DNA of 64,000 bases from the human T2T-CHM13v2.0 reference genome, Homo sapiens: assembly GCF_009914755.1 (NCBI RefSeq), contig NC_060929.1; one strand, written 5' to 3'. Under the pieces are notes generated by a model. It was not told the origin of the DNA and did no database searches. It saw nothing but the letters and a program-made list of their open reading frames with translations. Made by a program: the position numbers and the translations under genes. This document shows positions 1 through 16,990 of this stretch, in pieces. How positions within the stretch are numbered: the stretch's first letter is position 1; each line of letters begins with the position of its first letter.

Positions 1-333
1 AAAACCAAGGTGTCATCAGGGCCATACTTTCTGGAGGCTCTGGGGGAGAATCCTGCCTTGCCTCCTCCTAGCTTCTGGTGTTTGCTGGCAATCCTTGGGG
101 TTCCCCAGCTGGTGGCATCATGACTCCCAATATCTGCCTCTTTCATCACATGGTCTTCTTCCCTCTAGGTGTGTCTGTGTCCAAATTTCCCTCTTATAAT
201 GATTAGGACGCACCATAATCCACTTTGACATCTTAACTTGGTCACATCTGCAAAGACCCTGTTTCCAAATAAAGTAACCTTCACAGGTTCTGCATGGATG
301 TGGATTTGGGGAGAATACTATTCAATTCAGTAC
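1..333 (-). mobile_element. MLT1-family (ERVL-MaLR) LTR, cut by the window edge
   Basis: Typical motifs: ctggaggctctgggggagaatcc, acatctgcaaagaccctgtttccaaataa. Confidence 0.8.
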
Positions 334-353
334 AGACCTTCAGATCTGATTGA

Positions 354-1535
<1,182 letters not shown>

Positions 1536-2162
1536 AGCTGGGCTAGCTTTGTGCTTCCTGGTTTCCGCCCTTCCTCCCACCCTTCCTACCATTCATGTTG
1601 TAATGGTAAAGCCTACTGTGTTTAGACATTAAAACCTTTTTGTATAAATTATTATATATTAAAAATTGAGGAGAAGAAAATGGCCCATTTTCATCCTCCC
1701 TTATTAACCATCTCTAAAATTATCTAATTTGGCTTCTTTGGAACATCTCCACTAATTCGGTGGCCATCCCCCTCTCCTTGCATACGCAGGCGCATGCTCA
1801 TTCACAACTGAACACACTTTAAATGCACCCTCCCTGATAAGAAGCTACCACTCACTCCTGATCCCATTCCCATGGAAAAGCATTTCTAGGTGTGTATGTA
1901 GGATTTTGTAGAAAGAAATACAGAGGGTTTTAAAAATCATTATTATTTTGGTTTGTGGGGAAAGTTTGCTTAATGCCAAGGGGGTGAATATTGTTTCACA
2001 TCAGGCTGGAGTGCGACATCTTATCCACAGGAGGTAACTAATGCCCCATCAAGGAATTCAAACTAAAGCACACAAAATCTCCCTCCCTTCACTTTTTAGA
2101 TAGTTGGTCACAAAGTTGAGCAGACAAGAAAATTATCAGAAAATTCAAAGTGTGTTCCTTTT

Positions 2163-2193
2163 GTGTTTGTGTGTGTGTGTGTGTGTGTATGTG
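2163..2193. repeat. (TG)n microsatellite, interrupted
   Basis: Direct reading. Confidence 0.9.
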
Positions 2194-3045
2194 TTCTGCA
2201 TATTAACCATTTCTAGAGCATTTGCTGTATTTTCAAAGGCCTTTCTGAGTAATATGGATTTTGCTGTCAAGAAACTCTGACCTGGAGTATTATATTTCTT
2301 GAATTTTTAGAGCACTCTATTTTAATTTTCCAACTGGTTCATGTTATTGTCTCCCACAAACATGTTGTCACCTTTCTGCTTCTAACCCATCCCTTTCCTT
2401 CTTGCCCCAGACAATTTCTGGAAGTCTTTAAACTGGCTCACCCTGTGGCTTCACCTCACACTAACCCCTGTCTCCATTCTCCTTTGGCAGAAGTCACCTT
2501 CCGCCTTTTTCCTGGCAGTATATTCTTGTTGCATTTCTATACGAGCATAAAAGCTGATGACAGCAGCGATGGGAGGGCTGATAATTACATAGAATCAACA
2601 GGAACAACTTGCTGCTCCTCATGAGTTGGCACGCAGGTGGTATGTGTCAGTGGGAGGAGCCTGCATTTTAGAGGCATTTATCTGGTCATAAATCCTGGCT
2701 TTTTTTTACCATCTGTGACCTTAGGTGGATGTTGGACTTCTCTGAGGCTCAGTTTCCTCATCTATAAAAACAAGGAATATGTTTTTATGGAATTATGGGA
2801 ATTAAAATAAATAATACACAAAGGTTCTCAATAAGTTTCATTTTAAATTCAATATATAATCATTCCTTTAAGAATCTAAACAACACATGTTGTTTAAAAA
2901 AACTATGAGAACAATTTAATTGACAGTTTTAATTACTGATTTCCTTGAAAGATGAAAGCAAAGATATTGATTTTACCATTCTTCATGTATTTTTCATCAC
3001 AAATAATGATAGATCTGCTGAGCTGCTTTCCCTCGTCTACAAGGA

Positions 3046-3082
<37 letters not shown>
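3046..3082. repeat. (TG)n microsatellite
   Basis: Direct reading. Confidence 0.92.
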
Positions 3083-3084
<2 letters not shown>

Positions 3085-3702
3085 ATTGTTACAGTTAACT
3101 GCACTTAGAGAAAATCTCAGGTTAACCTGAGTAAGGAGATGAACTTAAAAACTGAAGGATAAGAACACACTTATAGAAAGGTAAAAACAGACAAGCAAAT
3201 CCACTCTGAGGCATATTTGTTCATTGCCTCATTAGCATCTTGCCAATGACATCCTTAAGAAACTGCCCCTTCACATTCTGGCCATGTGCTTTGTGTGGGA
3301 ACTTACCACCCCTTATCCCTACCATTGTCAAATGATGAGTTTATAGAAGGCCTATGATGCAGTTTATGTCAGCAAAATGCAAGGATTTGTTTGGGGGCCC
3401 TCGGATAGAAACTTCCTCTATCTTCAGTGGAAGTTTCCAGAAAGAATGCCCTCTCATCCTCTGGATGATGTGTGGTGAGATTATAAAACTAGCAAAGCCT
3501 TACCCATCTTTTCTGCTTGGCAGTGAGACAGAAATGACATCATATGCTTCTGAATCAAATGAGATCTGAATCTAGAACTATCACTGTCTCCAGATATGTG
3601 AAATGGCAATTTCCTTTCTACTCCAAGCCAGTTTGAGTTGGATTTTCTGTACCTTGAAAACAAAAGATTGCCAACTGTACTCCATTAAGATAGAAGCAGT
3701 TA

Positions 3703-4020
<318 letters not shown>

Positions 4021-5629
4021 TTAGAAGCAGTTGAATATACCAGCAGATTACTACACCAAATGTCCTGCCCTATCCAGACTAAAGTTGAGCTTCCATAATC
4101 CTAACTGTTATCCTAACTCATCTCTCCAGAAACAGTATGTCAATTCATAGACTCAGTGAACACTGTTACCATGATGTATGTATGGAAAATCTGCTTGTCT
4201 GCACTGACCAGCTATTTTCAGTTTACTAGATGTGTAACCTTAAACAAGTTACTTAACCTCATCATGTCTAGGAAAATGTTCTAGATTGGTTCAATGGGCA
4301 ATAGGGAGACATGAGAAGTACTTGAGTTGGAGGAGTAACAAATTAAAGGGGTATTTGGGAAGATTATTCTGGAAGAGATAGGCACCTTACTCATTTCCAA
4401 GGTTTTGAGTTTTGTAAATTTGGCGTCTTACTTGTTTGAAGCCCATCTCCTCCTGCTTTATAGAGAAAACTTCACGAGAGCAGGGAGCATCTCCCTTTGT
4501 TCACTCAGCACCTACACAGTATCTGGAACATAGTAGGTGCTTTATAGATACTGATTGAATAATTGAATTGTGGATAGAAGGAAAGTGTAAGAACAGAGAG
4601 AATGAAGAAAGGAAGAATATCTCGGAGACAATAACTGAAACCCATATGTGTAGCACACAGCATGGCAGCAGAAGAATGGAAAAGAAGGGATAAATCTAAC
4701 AGGTGCTACCAAAAGTTCACAGAATTTATTGACTGAATGAGAAAAACCAAGGAGAGACAAAGAAGAGTAAGGTGTCCCACCTGAGAGGTTGAAACCATGG
4801 CTATCCCATGAAGTCAATGGGAAAGTTAGATTGGGGAGCAGTTGGAAGAAAAGACACATACACTTGGTTTTTAGATATGTTTCTTAGGAGAGGAGAATGT
4901 GTCATTAATATGGACATGTCTAATAGGAAGTTTGAAATGAGGAGTTTGGGGTACTGTTGGAACTGGAGGTGTCAGGTTGGAAGGCATAGAAAAACCACAA
5001 GATAGGGCATGTCCCCAAGAGGGTGAGAACTGAATGGGGACAACCCTAGAAAAGAGGAACCAAGGAATCAGGCAGAGGTGGAGAGGCTGGAGGGTCAGGG
5101 AGAGAATGAAGAGAGTGTTTGGCGACAGAGCAAAGCAGGCACAGTGACAAGAGGAGAAGCATCTTCTGCTTTTTCCTCAGCATGTTTCATAGCAAAGCAC
5201 AAACTTGATTACCCAGGATTTCAGGGAAATTAATGCAGATTCTTTAAACATAGTGCTAGTAATCAGATTGTCTATATCAGTCATTTTCAAACTTTTTTAT
5301 TGCAATCCACACTAAGAAAAGCTCTGGTCCACATAATTGTCACATAAGAAATGTGATGAGTTTGGGAAAAGAGCACATTTTGAGGAAATCTAAGTTCCCA
5401 TTAGACAAGTAAAGGTTTTGCCTTAAAATCCATGACAATATGAAACGTATCTGTCTATTTAATAGTGGTGTCATGCTCTCACACTTCAAAATTTAGAAGA
5501 GAGATAGAATTAAAAGGAAAGCATTTTCTTTCTCCAAATAGCCAAATAGCGTCTTCTCTCATACCTTTAAGTGTTGGTTTACTAACTTGCAAGAGAAACT
5601 TAAGGCTTACACTTTGGATCCTGGCACAG

Positions 5630-5955
5630 GGGTGTAATTAAGAGCACTCTAGTTTTAGAAATGGACAGACCTGGGCTCAAATCCTGGTTCTCACACTTCT
5701 TAGTTCTGTGACCTTTGCCAAGTTTCTTAGCCTCTTTGGTTTCCTGTTTCTTTGCTTGCAAATTGGGATAACAATGTTTAACCTATGCAGTTGCTCTTAT
5801 GTTGAAGAAGCCGCATTACTTATGGTACTATATTTAGCACTTGGTGGGCATGTGATGAATGGCAATTGTTATTATTGCCTTGGTTGTGAGGGTTAAGTTA
5901 TAGACCACTGGTAAAGCTCATAGCAAAGCACCTGGCACAAAGCAGCAATAAATCT
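5630..5955 (+). mobile_element. MIR (probably two fragments)
   Basis: agacctgggctcaaatcctgg...tgtgacctttgccaagtttcttagcctct core. Confidence 0.75.
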
Positions 5956-6079
5956 TAATGATCTTTCCATAACAGCAACCAAAGAGTAGAAATCCAGTTG
6001 TAATCCAAGTGCACGGTAGTATACAAACCAGTTACATGCTTTTATCTTGCCTACAGTTCTTTAGAAAAATATCTACTGG

Positions 6080-6388
6080 GGCTGGGCGCAGTGGCTCATG
6101 CCTGTAATCTCAGCACTTTGGGAGGCTGAGGTGGGCAGATCACCTGAGGTTGGGAGTTCGAGACCAGCCTGACCAACATGGAGAAACCCCGTCTCTACTA
6201 AAAATGCAAAAAAATTAGCTGGGCATGGTGGCGCCTGCCTGTAATCCCAGCTACTCAGGAGGCTGAGGCAGGAGAATCACTTGAACTGGGAGGTGGAGGT
6301 TGCAGTGAGCCGAGATTGTGCCATTGCACTCCAGCTTGGGCAACTAGAGCGAAACTCCGTCTCAAAAAAAAAAAAAAAAAAGGAAAAA
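6080..6388 (+). mobile_element. AluSp-like
   Basis: tgaccaacatggagaaacc diagnostic. TSD agaaaaatatctactgg. Confidence 0.93.
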
Positions 6389-8029
6389 GAAAAATATCTA
6401 CTGGGCAAAGCAAAGCACATTGATAACATTGATGCTGTTGGACAGATTACGTCCCATTTGTATGAAATGAAAAATGATGCATCACTGAAATGGCATTCTT
6501 AATTCCTAATTTGTCCCAAATGCCCTTGGGACAATTTAGAAATGCCCCAAACCAGATGTCATCTCTCCAAGAGACATGCCTGTAGCAGTTTGATCATTTT
6601 TTGTAAAAGGGGGTGCTGTATACTCATTAGCTGTGATTGTTTTAACTGTGCTGTCATGTGTGAAGCTGATCGTGCATTCTTGCTATGACATAGACATCGA
6701 GGTCCATGCCAACATGCTTCCAATCAGACATGCCCATCTCACCACTTTTCACAGTCTTTAAAGCTATGTGAACAATTTTCTACAACTTGCCAGAGTGTCT
6801 GCTGCAAACCACCACCTAAATGGGGAGCTCCTTGGACAATATATTTTAATTTAAATATGGACTACACTGCTAATTGGTGGCAGTAATCATGTGGAAGCCA
6901 TTCTCTCCTAAAATCATAGATCCACCCCCAAGAAGTCCTTGTACCATTTTCTGGAAAAGAAAATAGCAAATATTTGGGGGGCTTTAGACATCTTTGACAT
7001 GCGCAGCATAACCCAATTCTCCATAATCCGGGAGAATCTATTGTATTAATATCTCACATGTGGAATACATACTGTATGTTTAAATTAGAGCTATCTAATA
7101 GTTCTCATATCTGAAATTCTTGGCGGTGATGATGGAGGGGTGGGGTGGGGAGCATCAGGTTCCTGATCCCTGTGCCTACTGATCATTGCACATGTGGACG
7201 GTTTGTGCGTTTTATAATTTTGGATTGTGAGCTCTTCTTCAAGGGCTTTCTCCATGGTGATCCCAGTGCAGGCTGAGGTATGTGTTCCTCGGCAGAGGTT
7301 TTGCATGTGCTTTTGTTGGGGTCCTCAGGGTCATCATTGGCCTAGGCCACTTTTTATTTTAACTTCTCATTAGATGGGTATACCATACAATAGTGATTCA
7401 ACCTGAGCCTCTGGCCTGCAGGAAGTGGGCTGTGATTATCTCTTCTTGAGGAGAATGTTTCCACCCTCTCCCACAACCCCACTGAGGCAGAGGCAGACAA
7501 GTTTCTTAGTAGTCTCCTTTTGCAGGTAGGATAAATTTTTTCCCTGTTACGTTCTATTATGGAGGGGTGGTCCTTTGAGAGTTCCAGGTTTATGTGGGCG
7601 TCTCAGTTCCCATCTCCCCATTCCCACTTCATGAAGGTCCTGGGGCTTCTTCTCCTGAACCATGTGGATGTTACGATCCCAACACCATGCTACTGATAGC
7701 CTTCCCTCCCCTCAGCACAGCCAGCATCAGTTCAGAGACTTGGTTCTGCTTTTCAGATCCCTCTGTGTGTTTGACCATGGAAAATTCCTTACTTTCTTGA
7801 GAACTCAGCTATGCATTTAGAAGGATATTTGTTATATTTTACTCAGAATTTCTGTTTTTAATAACAAAAGATTTTTTTTCCAAGATACTTACTCTGCCAA
7901 GAACACATCATCACCATCCTCTGACAGAATTAAAATGTCCACTGGTGGGTGGAAGATGCCTGTCTACATTCGAAGAGGAGTAAGGAGAAGGGGCCTCTGG
8001 CCTTTAGAAACTTAGAGATTTTTTTTTTT

Positions 8030-9700
<1,671 letters not shown>

Positions 9701-10084
9701 TAAAGGAAATGTGATTTCATTGTGATTGGAAGGCAGAATCTTTTAAAACAGTGTGTCAGTGGAAAAATATTAAAATGGTTTCTTGATAATGAAAAGGTAG
9801 CCAAGATAGAGACATTAGCCAGCACAGAGAAGACTCAAAGACAGTGAATCAAGATTGATTTGTAATCGTAGCTAACATTTATTACAGTCTCACTGCTGTG
9901 CAAGTGCCATTTTAAATGTTTAGCATGTATTAAAAGTCTTAATCCCACAACAACTTTATGAGGTAGGTACGCTTATTATCTCATGAGGAATGTGGGAAAC
10001 CGGTCACCAGAGAGGCAACCTAACTTGCCAGGGTGGGAGAACAGTGATTTAAGAGCAGGCACTCTGGTTGTGGAATCCATGGGG

Positions 10085-10292
10085 TTTTTGTAAATTTCCT
10101 TTTTAATTGACAAATAATGATTGTAGATATTATATTCTTATGGGGTACAATGTGATGCTTTGATATAGGTTTATGTCGTGGAATGATCAAACCGAACTAA
10201 CAGATCTATCACCTGGCATATTTACTATTTGTGTGTGTGTGGTGAAAACATTTAAAATCTACTCTTGTAGTATTTTTTAAATACACATTCTT
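10085..10292 (-). mobile_element. L1MA 3' end fragment
   Basis: tttaattgacaaataatgattgta...tggggtacaatgtgatg...aaacatttaaaatctactct. Confidence 0.75.
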
Positions 10293-10781
10293 AGCCGTGA
10301 TGCTGTACTGCTTCTCAGTACAGGGATGCACAGTAAAGTGTTTGAATCATCCATAAGCCAAGATATGGCCTAATTCATCTACAGATATTGAAAATGTTAT
10401 CGGTTGTGCAGTTACTGCGAGGCAAAAGTATAAATTAATGCTGACTCAAATACTTGGTTAAGATTCCTTCTTGGCTTTGTATTATAGAGTAAGACAGGCA
10501 TAAATGGAGGTGTCAGGAGAGCAGCTTTAGCTTTAATCAGTGGTCTTCAATAAATATGTGTGCATTATTTATTTAATTGCACCTGTAACCGCACGAGGGC
10601 CTTGCTGCTGAGAGAGTAATAGGTGAGCGGAATTCACAATAGTCTGAAGCCACACGCACCTCTCTGCCAAGAAGTGTCATCTGTGAGTTTCGTTAACCAA
10701 TGTCCTAAAATATATGACCTTTTCCAGGTCCCTAGGGAGTGGCTTTAACTGCAACACGTGTGTGTTTCTTTTTCTCCTAAG

Positions 10782-10888
10782 GCTTTAACAACACCGAGAG
10801 AACATGTGATAAAGAGTTTATTATACGGAGAACGGCTACCAATCGAGTTCTGAACGTCCTCCGTCACTGGGTCTCAAAGCACGCACAG
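10782..10888 (+). CDS. RASGRF2: RASGRF2 coding exon: (G)[35 protein letters not shown]
   Basis: Acceptor tttctcctaag, donor CAG|gtaagt. 107 nt, phase 1 to 0. Translation matches remembered RASGRF2 sequence N-terminal to the CDC25 domain. Confidence 0.95.
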
Positions 10889-11784
10889 GTAAGTCAGTGC
10901 CCTCATTAATTACTTGCAAGGATTTTTTAAAAAATCATCTTTTTAAGTTGTGACACATGTAAAACACCTCCCTACTCTTTGGAGTTCAATGTGAAACCTT
11001 GACACTGGAACTTAGGAAGGGAAGAAATAGGCTAGGCATACAGATCAAAGCAGACACAAGTGTCTTGCCAACATCCACTGTTTCAGATCTGCAAATGACG
11101 TGACACAGTGAAACGGGGCTCCTCTGTCCCTGCAGCTTCTGAGGAAACAGCACTCACCCATGGGCACCTGAGCCACAACAAGGCCTCTGTGCTGTGCCAC
11201 CTACCCTGGGAGCACTTTTCACAGGGTCTTCTCTGTAAGTGGAGCTATGCTTGAGAGGCTGCCAACTGCAGTGGTATCCCCGCCCCCCACCCAGCTAGAC
11301 ACAAACCTCACGGTCCCCCCTGGAGGTAAATAACACTCTGGGATCTGGTCAGGGAGTGCTTTCTGGGCCTGATTCTGGAGATATTTTGTCTCATGCCCGT
11401 TGATGTTTTGGGTCCCAATGCTGTTTTTAAATTGTGTTACACTGACAGGACACCCACTTGTTATCTGTTTATGTGTTTTCAGTGCACGTTTGTAGAATTT
11501 ATTCCCCTTTCACAAAACAAGTCAGGTGCCACTTTGCCCCCCTGATGTGATGCATGCATAATGCTTTTCTTACCCACTGCCACATACCAGGCAGGCCCTC
11601 CTGGACACCCACCTGCCTGGCACCCTGCAAGGAGCATTTGAGAGAGAGAATGGGCCCTGCCTGGCTCAGAGCAGAACATGTGCAGCATATATTAAAAGAA
11701 ATATAATCAAATTGTCAGTCTGCTAATGAGAATCGTGTGTTATAAATGGCACTCCCATGGGTAGGTATTCCCAGGTCTTTATTA

Positions 11785-11821
11785 TTAGGTTGGTGCCAAA
11801 GTAATTGCAGTTTCTGCCACT
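11785..11821. mobile_element. Half MADE1 (mariner-derived MITE)
   Basis: ttaggttggtgccaaagtaattgcagtttctgcca matches one MADE1/Hsmar1 terminal inverted repeat. Confidence 0.8.
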
Positions 11822-14800
11822 ATATTCACAGAGCCCATCACATGTCTGCTGCGTGGTCCTCGGTAGTGACAGTCTGTTCAATAGGGTCACCATGAGGGCA
11901 GGCTCCTGAAACCCCTGTGGTAAGGGAATTTACTAATTAGGAAAAGTGGCATTTAAGCCTCACCACAAGTAAGCCCATAGAAGTTCTTAAATATTAATTA
12001 AAGTAATAAAGATAGCATACTAAATAATGTAAACATTCCATCTTACACATCTTAAATAAATAGAAAAAATTTAATCCTCTATGATTCAAATTCCAAGAAC
12101 CATCCTTAGTGCATGAGAAATGTCTAGTCTCTTTTCCCTGTAGTCTCAGTGAGCTGCTGGTAAATCCATTTTGCCTCACTGCAGATAAAACACTATAATG
12201 AGTTTTAGCATTTACAGTTTTTCCACTGTCTGATGGTCCATCTTATTCCTCTCTGATTTTTTCTCAAGAATCTTGACAGTTAATTCCTGGGGCCCACAGT
12301 GGCTTCTAAGATGCAAAGTAGCTTTGCATCTTAGATAAGGCTGAGCTGGTTCTCTCCCCTGGCCTCAGCTCCCCTCCTCCCTTCCAAATCTTCTCCCCAG
12401 AGCCCTCCAGCCTTGGTTCCCCTATTCACCTTACTTCCCTTTTCTCAATCCCCAGTGCCCTCTTTTTCTAATTATCTCAAACAGGAATCCCTCCCAATTC
12501 ACATATAATTTTTACAGTAGCTACAAAAGTACCACAAAGCAAATGACAGAATGCTGGGAGTTTTTTATTTTTGGTGAAAAAATTCATAGATGGGGAGAGA
12601 TTAGTGTATGGAAGCCCTTTACAATAAAGAGTTTTACAGTAAGGTTTGCCACCTGATTTGGCAGCTGAATTGTTTAGACGGTTCAGCTGCGTTGCGACCT
12701 GAGTGACTGCAGCTGTGCTTATACATGAGCAAGCTTGTCCATCTCCAGTTCCAGTTAGAGGGATCCCAGCTCCTCAGACTCTCCCTCCAGCAGGGGCATA
12801 GGTGAGTGATGTAAATAGCTCAGGGATCCAGTCTTCTCTTCTGACCTCACCATTGGGTAAAATACAGACCCTGGCTATTTCGTTCACTGATGTGCCCAAG
12901 GAAGTTCTTCCCATAAGGTCTTTCCTTACCTCCCCTGCATGCATGAGTGGGCCTCAGGGCTCTATGGCTGGTTATCAATGCCCTGGTGCAACCTTGTCAT
13001 GTGAATCTCCTGTCACCTTCCTCATCCTCTCTGTATGAGTACACGACCGTGTGCAGGACATTTCTGTGAAATTTCCACTTAATGGGAATTGCTTTAGGGC
13101 ATTTTTTTTCTTTTTTGCTGGCTTTAGTGTCCAGATTCCCTTTCTTCCTTTTACTGACTCACTTATGGCTGCCCAGTAATCATTTGGCCTCCACAATGGG
13201 TGGTTTGAGCAAGTCAAGGCAGGCTCTTGGTGATGGATTGGTAAATGGTTCGAATAGACAGAGCTGCTCTCAGCTCACACAGTCTTCGGGCCTCATTGTG
13301 TGCATACTGCCTCCTCTCACCAACTGTGGGCCTAGCCTGGGCCATTTCATTCAGAAGATGTGAAGGTGGCCCTGGCTTCACAGAGCCTAAGCAAGCTGAC
13401 TGTTATGGTGCTTTCAGAGTAACAGCCCATCTTGGTATCTTTATCCAAGTTTATCTGCAGGTCTTTACTCTCCCAAGGCAGCATATAGCTATAGATGGGA
13501 CTGCTGGTCTGAAAACGTGTGCTATAATCCAGCTGTCAACCAACCCTCACCCTTATTGTCTTTGGTTTTCACATCATAAAGCGAAGGGCTTGGATACGAT
13601 GATTTTTAATTATCTGATTCACTTTGTACTAGTTGAGTCCATTTAAGGAAGAATATAGCATTATTGTGGCAACCTGATTATTTTGAATCAGTAGCTTTTA
13701 AAAAATGAGTAGGAAGTTGTACTCATCTCAAAACTACAGCCAAGCATGGTAACAGTTACATTTTTTCTCACATGGTGAACTACCCAGGGAGGCCACTTCG
13801 ATTTCTAGAAACAGAAAAGCTGTAGATCCACATCAATCAAGATGTAGATTTACCCACAGATCTAGAGAATCAAGGCTGCCACAGAGTGTTCGACATCATC
13901 TAATTATTTCTCACTTCTCATCAAAGGTAACTAACATTGGCAGATACTACCCTGAGCTTTATTCAGGAGAATTAAAAAGTTGCAGAAGTGTGGGGTTAGG
14001 GGTTGGTTCTCCAGAGAAATAAGAATGCCCCAGGATGTCACCTCCTAACTCTACCCCATGTGGTGCTAGGATAGCATTTCATCTTCTGGAGCCTTCTAGT
14101 TTTTTCTTTAGTTAATATTTGGGGAGGCTAGGATGTTCCATTTTTAGGGGGTTCTAAAAATCTTCCTATGTGAATACATTCTGGCCTATTGCTCCTGATT
14201 TTGTTATACCTTCTCACTATTTGTTGCCTTTTAAGTTGAAAGTGAAGCCACAGGCCCAAACTGGGTTTCTCTCATGTGCCTTGTCTATCAATCAGCAGAG
14301 GGAACAGCAGCCCAGAGTCAGGGGACCAGTGTTCTTACTCCAGCTCTGCCAACTGTAGCTCCTGTGGGGCCCCAAGCTGGTCTCTCCACCTCTTCGGGTG
14401 TTAGTTTCCTCTTCTGAAAATGAGAACAACCATCCCTGCTTTACCTCTCCCAAGGATGTGATGAAGTTAAAGATGATGCTGAATTAAGCATAAAGCATGA
14501 TATTGATGTGTGTGATGAAATCCCTTTTGGCTATGGACAGGAGAGATGCACATTTCATCACCCTACAACCAGCCTGTAAGCTCCTTGCTTGTCTCATTCA
14601 TCTTTGCATCTCCTTTCACATAGTTCTGCAATGCTGAACACATGGCAGATGCCCAGTAAATACTTGTCAAATTGAGTTTATAGTTTAATGTTTCCACCGT
14701 TCATTCTCTCCTGGAGGTCATTTTCTAGCCTTTAAAGTTTCCAAAGTCAGCCCAGACAGAGACTATGATCACTAATGGATCAGAAATCAGGGCCATGTGT

Positions 14801-16794
14801 TTAGACAGTCTAAGTAAAGGAAGTGTTTTCATTAGAGGTCTACATGCTTCTTGAGCATCTCCTGCTGGGAGGCCTTACATATCGTTTACACAATTCCCAG
14901 GTCCCTGCAGGTTTCAGACCTGTAGTGCTATTAACCACATGTTCCCGTGATTGCTTTTGTCCTCTGCGCGCAGACAGATGGATGGGGGCTGGCTATAGAC
15001 ATTTCAGATCTGTGCACAAGACTCTGTCGAAGGCCTTTCACGTATGATCTATAGCAATTTTTGTTTTCCTCAATTACCGTATTGACCAACCAATTCTGAA
15101 GAGATGCTCTGTCCATTTATTCGAGGAATTTCACAGACCATGAATGACGCTGGTAAAAGAGCTGCAGCTGTGTCTGCAGATTACCACTGGCGCCATCAGG
15201 CTCTGGGTACTGTCTGAATGACAAGTGGCCGAGAATGAAACAGTCACATATTTTCTTAATTGGAGGCTTAGGGGCATGTTTTTAAAACATGAGATCAGAC
15301 AAAAATGACCTACCTACATAAAAATCTCCTCCCCAAAGGAGTTTACAGAGGAACACTGCTACTCCTTTTTCTGTTTTCTCACCTCCTTGATTCATTCACT
15401 AATAAGAATTGGGCACCAGAATGTTCCAGACATTGGGGTAGGTGTGGGAGTGACCAAGATCCAGGCAGTCTCTGACCTCAAGGGGCTTCCAGCCATTGGG
15501 AAAATGCCCACTAACAGCCACTGGACTTAACGTAATTATGTGTGTGGCCGGCTGTTAAATCGAATTCTTCAGATTGTTTCTGACGTTCAGGCAGAGGACC
15601 AAAGGCACAGGGGCAGGTAAAATAGGTAGCAGCAACAGCCCGCATGGCCTTAATGGAGTGGCTCGGCCACCTAAGCAAGACCAGCTAAGAGCTCGTGAAA
15701 TCAATCCTGCTAGCAATTGTGATCACCCACCTGTGGGAAGTTGAGGTAGGAGAGGTCAAGGAGAGGGAGATTTCCAGAGAGAGGCATCTGTGTAAGTTCC
15801 CTACCACTATGGGGAAGGTGGGGAGATGCCTCCTTTTCACTTCTAGCCACATGGGAAATGCTTCAAGGAAACCATCCAGCTAGCCTCCGTGTTAAGGTGA
15901 AAGGTGCTGGCTGGGCAAAGTGAAGAGTGGTGGATGCTAGGAGTGAGCTGTATTCATATGTGTTTGAGTGAACCAGATGGGTCCATGGGGAGTCCAATCT
16001 GGATGGCCCTGCATCCTGCCCAAGAGGACGGCCTGGAGGGGTGACGCGTAGACAGACGCTGGGTGAAAAAGACCACTGGCAGCCCAGGGCCTGGGGGAGT
16101 TGAAAATGACTCACAGGAGGACAGACATTGCCAGGGTCAGGGGAGCTGGCCATAAGTCTCCCACAGAGAGGTCTCCAAAATCTCACCAAAGTGCCCCACA
16201 CAGGAAAAGCTGGCCACTGCCCACCTGCCACATCTAGAGAGAGCCAGGGCTGGGCTCCCCTTACACTATCATACTAAATTATTGCTTTCCCCTGGACCTG
16301 AGGTACAGGATCAGAAGCAATAGCCAGCTAGTAGAGAGGTGGTGGAGACAGCAGAAAGGGCCTCCTGTGCAGGCCACTAGGATGGAAGCAGCCCACGCCA
16401 GGGCTAGAGGGAGGCTGGACTGAAGTTTTGAAGAATATACTGAACTGGACATTTTGACTGTTGAAATGACACCATTCTTATAAGCAAAAAGTACTGAAAG
16501 ACATTGGTGCCTGCCCAGAACTCCATGTCAGGTGGGGAAGGATAGGCTATCAACTGGTTTACTGGGACTGGCAAGAAGCAGTAATGCCATTTGATGATTC
16601 CGTTATTACTTATGATACAGGGAGTCTAGGGTCCCTTGGGAGAGCAATTTCACAAAATCTATCAAAATAGCTCAGCTGTTATATTTCTAACTCACTCCAG
16701 TTCTCTTACATTCATTTTATGGTGAACAAAGAGACACATTTTTAGCTAATAATGAATAACTTGAGTTTACATTTCAGTTAACATGCTTTTTGGC

Positions 16795-16990
16795 ATTTTT
16801 ATTGAAATATCACATACCGCATATAAAGGGCAATAAACTTCAGTGTGTAGGTCAGTGACTTTCTGCCTCTGTATACGCCCATGTAACTGCCACCCAGGTC
16901 AAGATCTGGGACATTTCCAGCACCTGAGAGGGGCCTCCAAGTCTCTGCCCCTCTTCCTGTTACCCCATGCTCTATTAGTTTTAGTATTGT
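16795..16990 (-). mobile_element. Old L1M 3' end fragment
   Basis: ttttattgaaatat...ccatgtaactgccacccaggtcaagat...acatttccagcacc. Confidence 0.65.
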
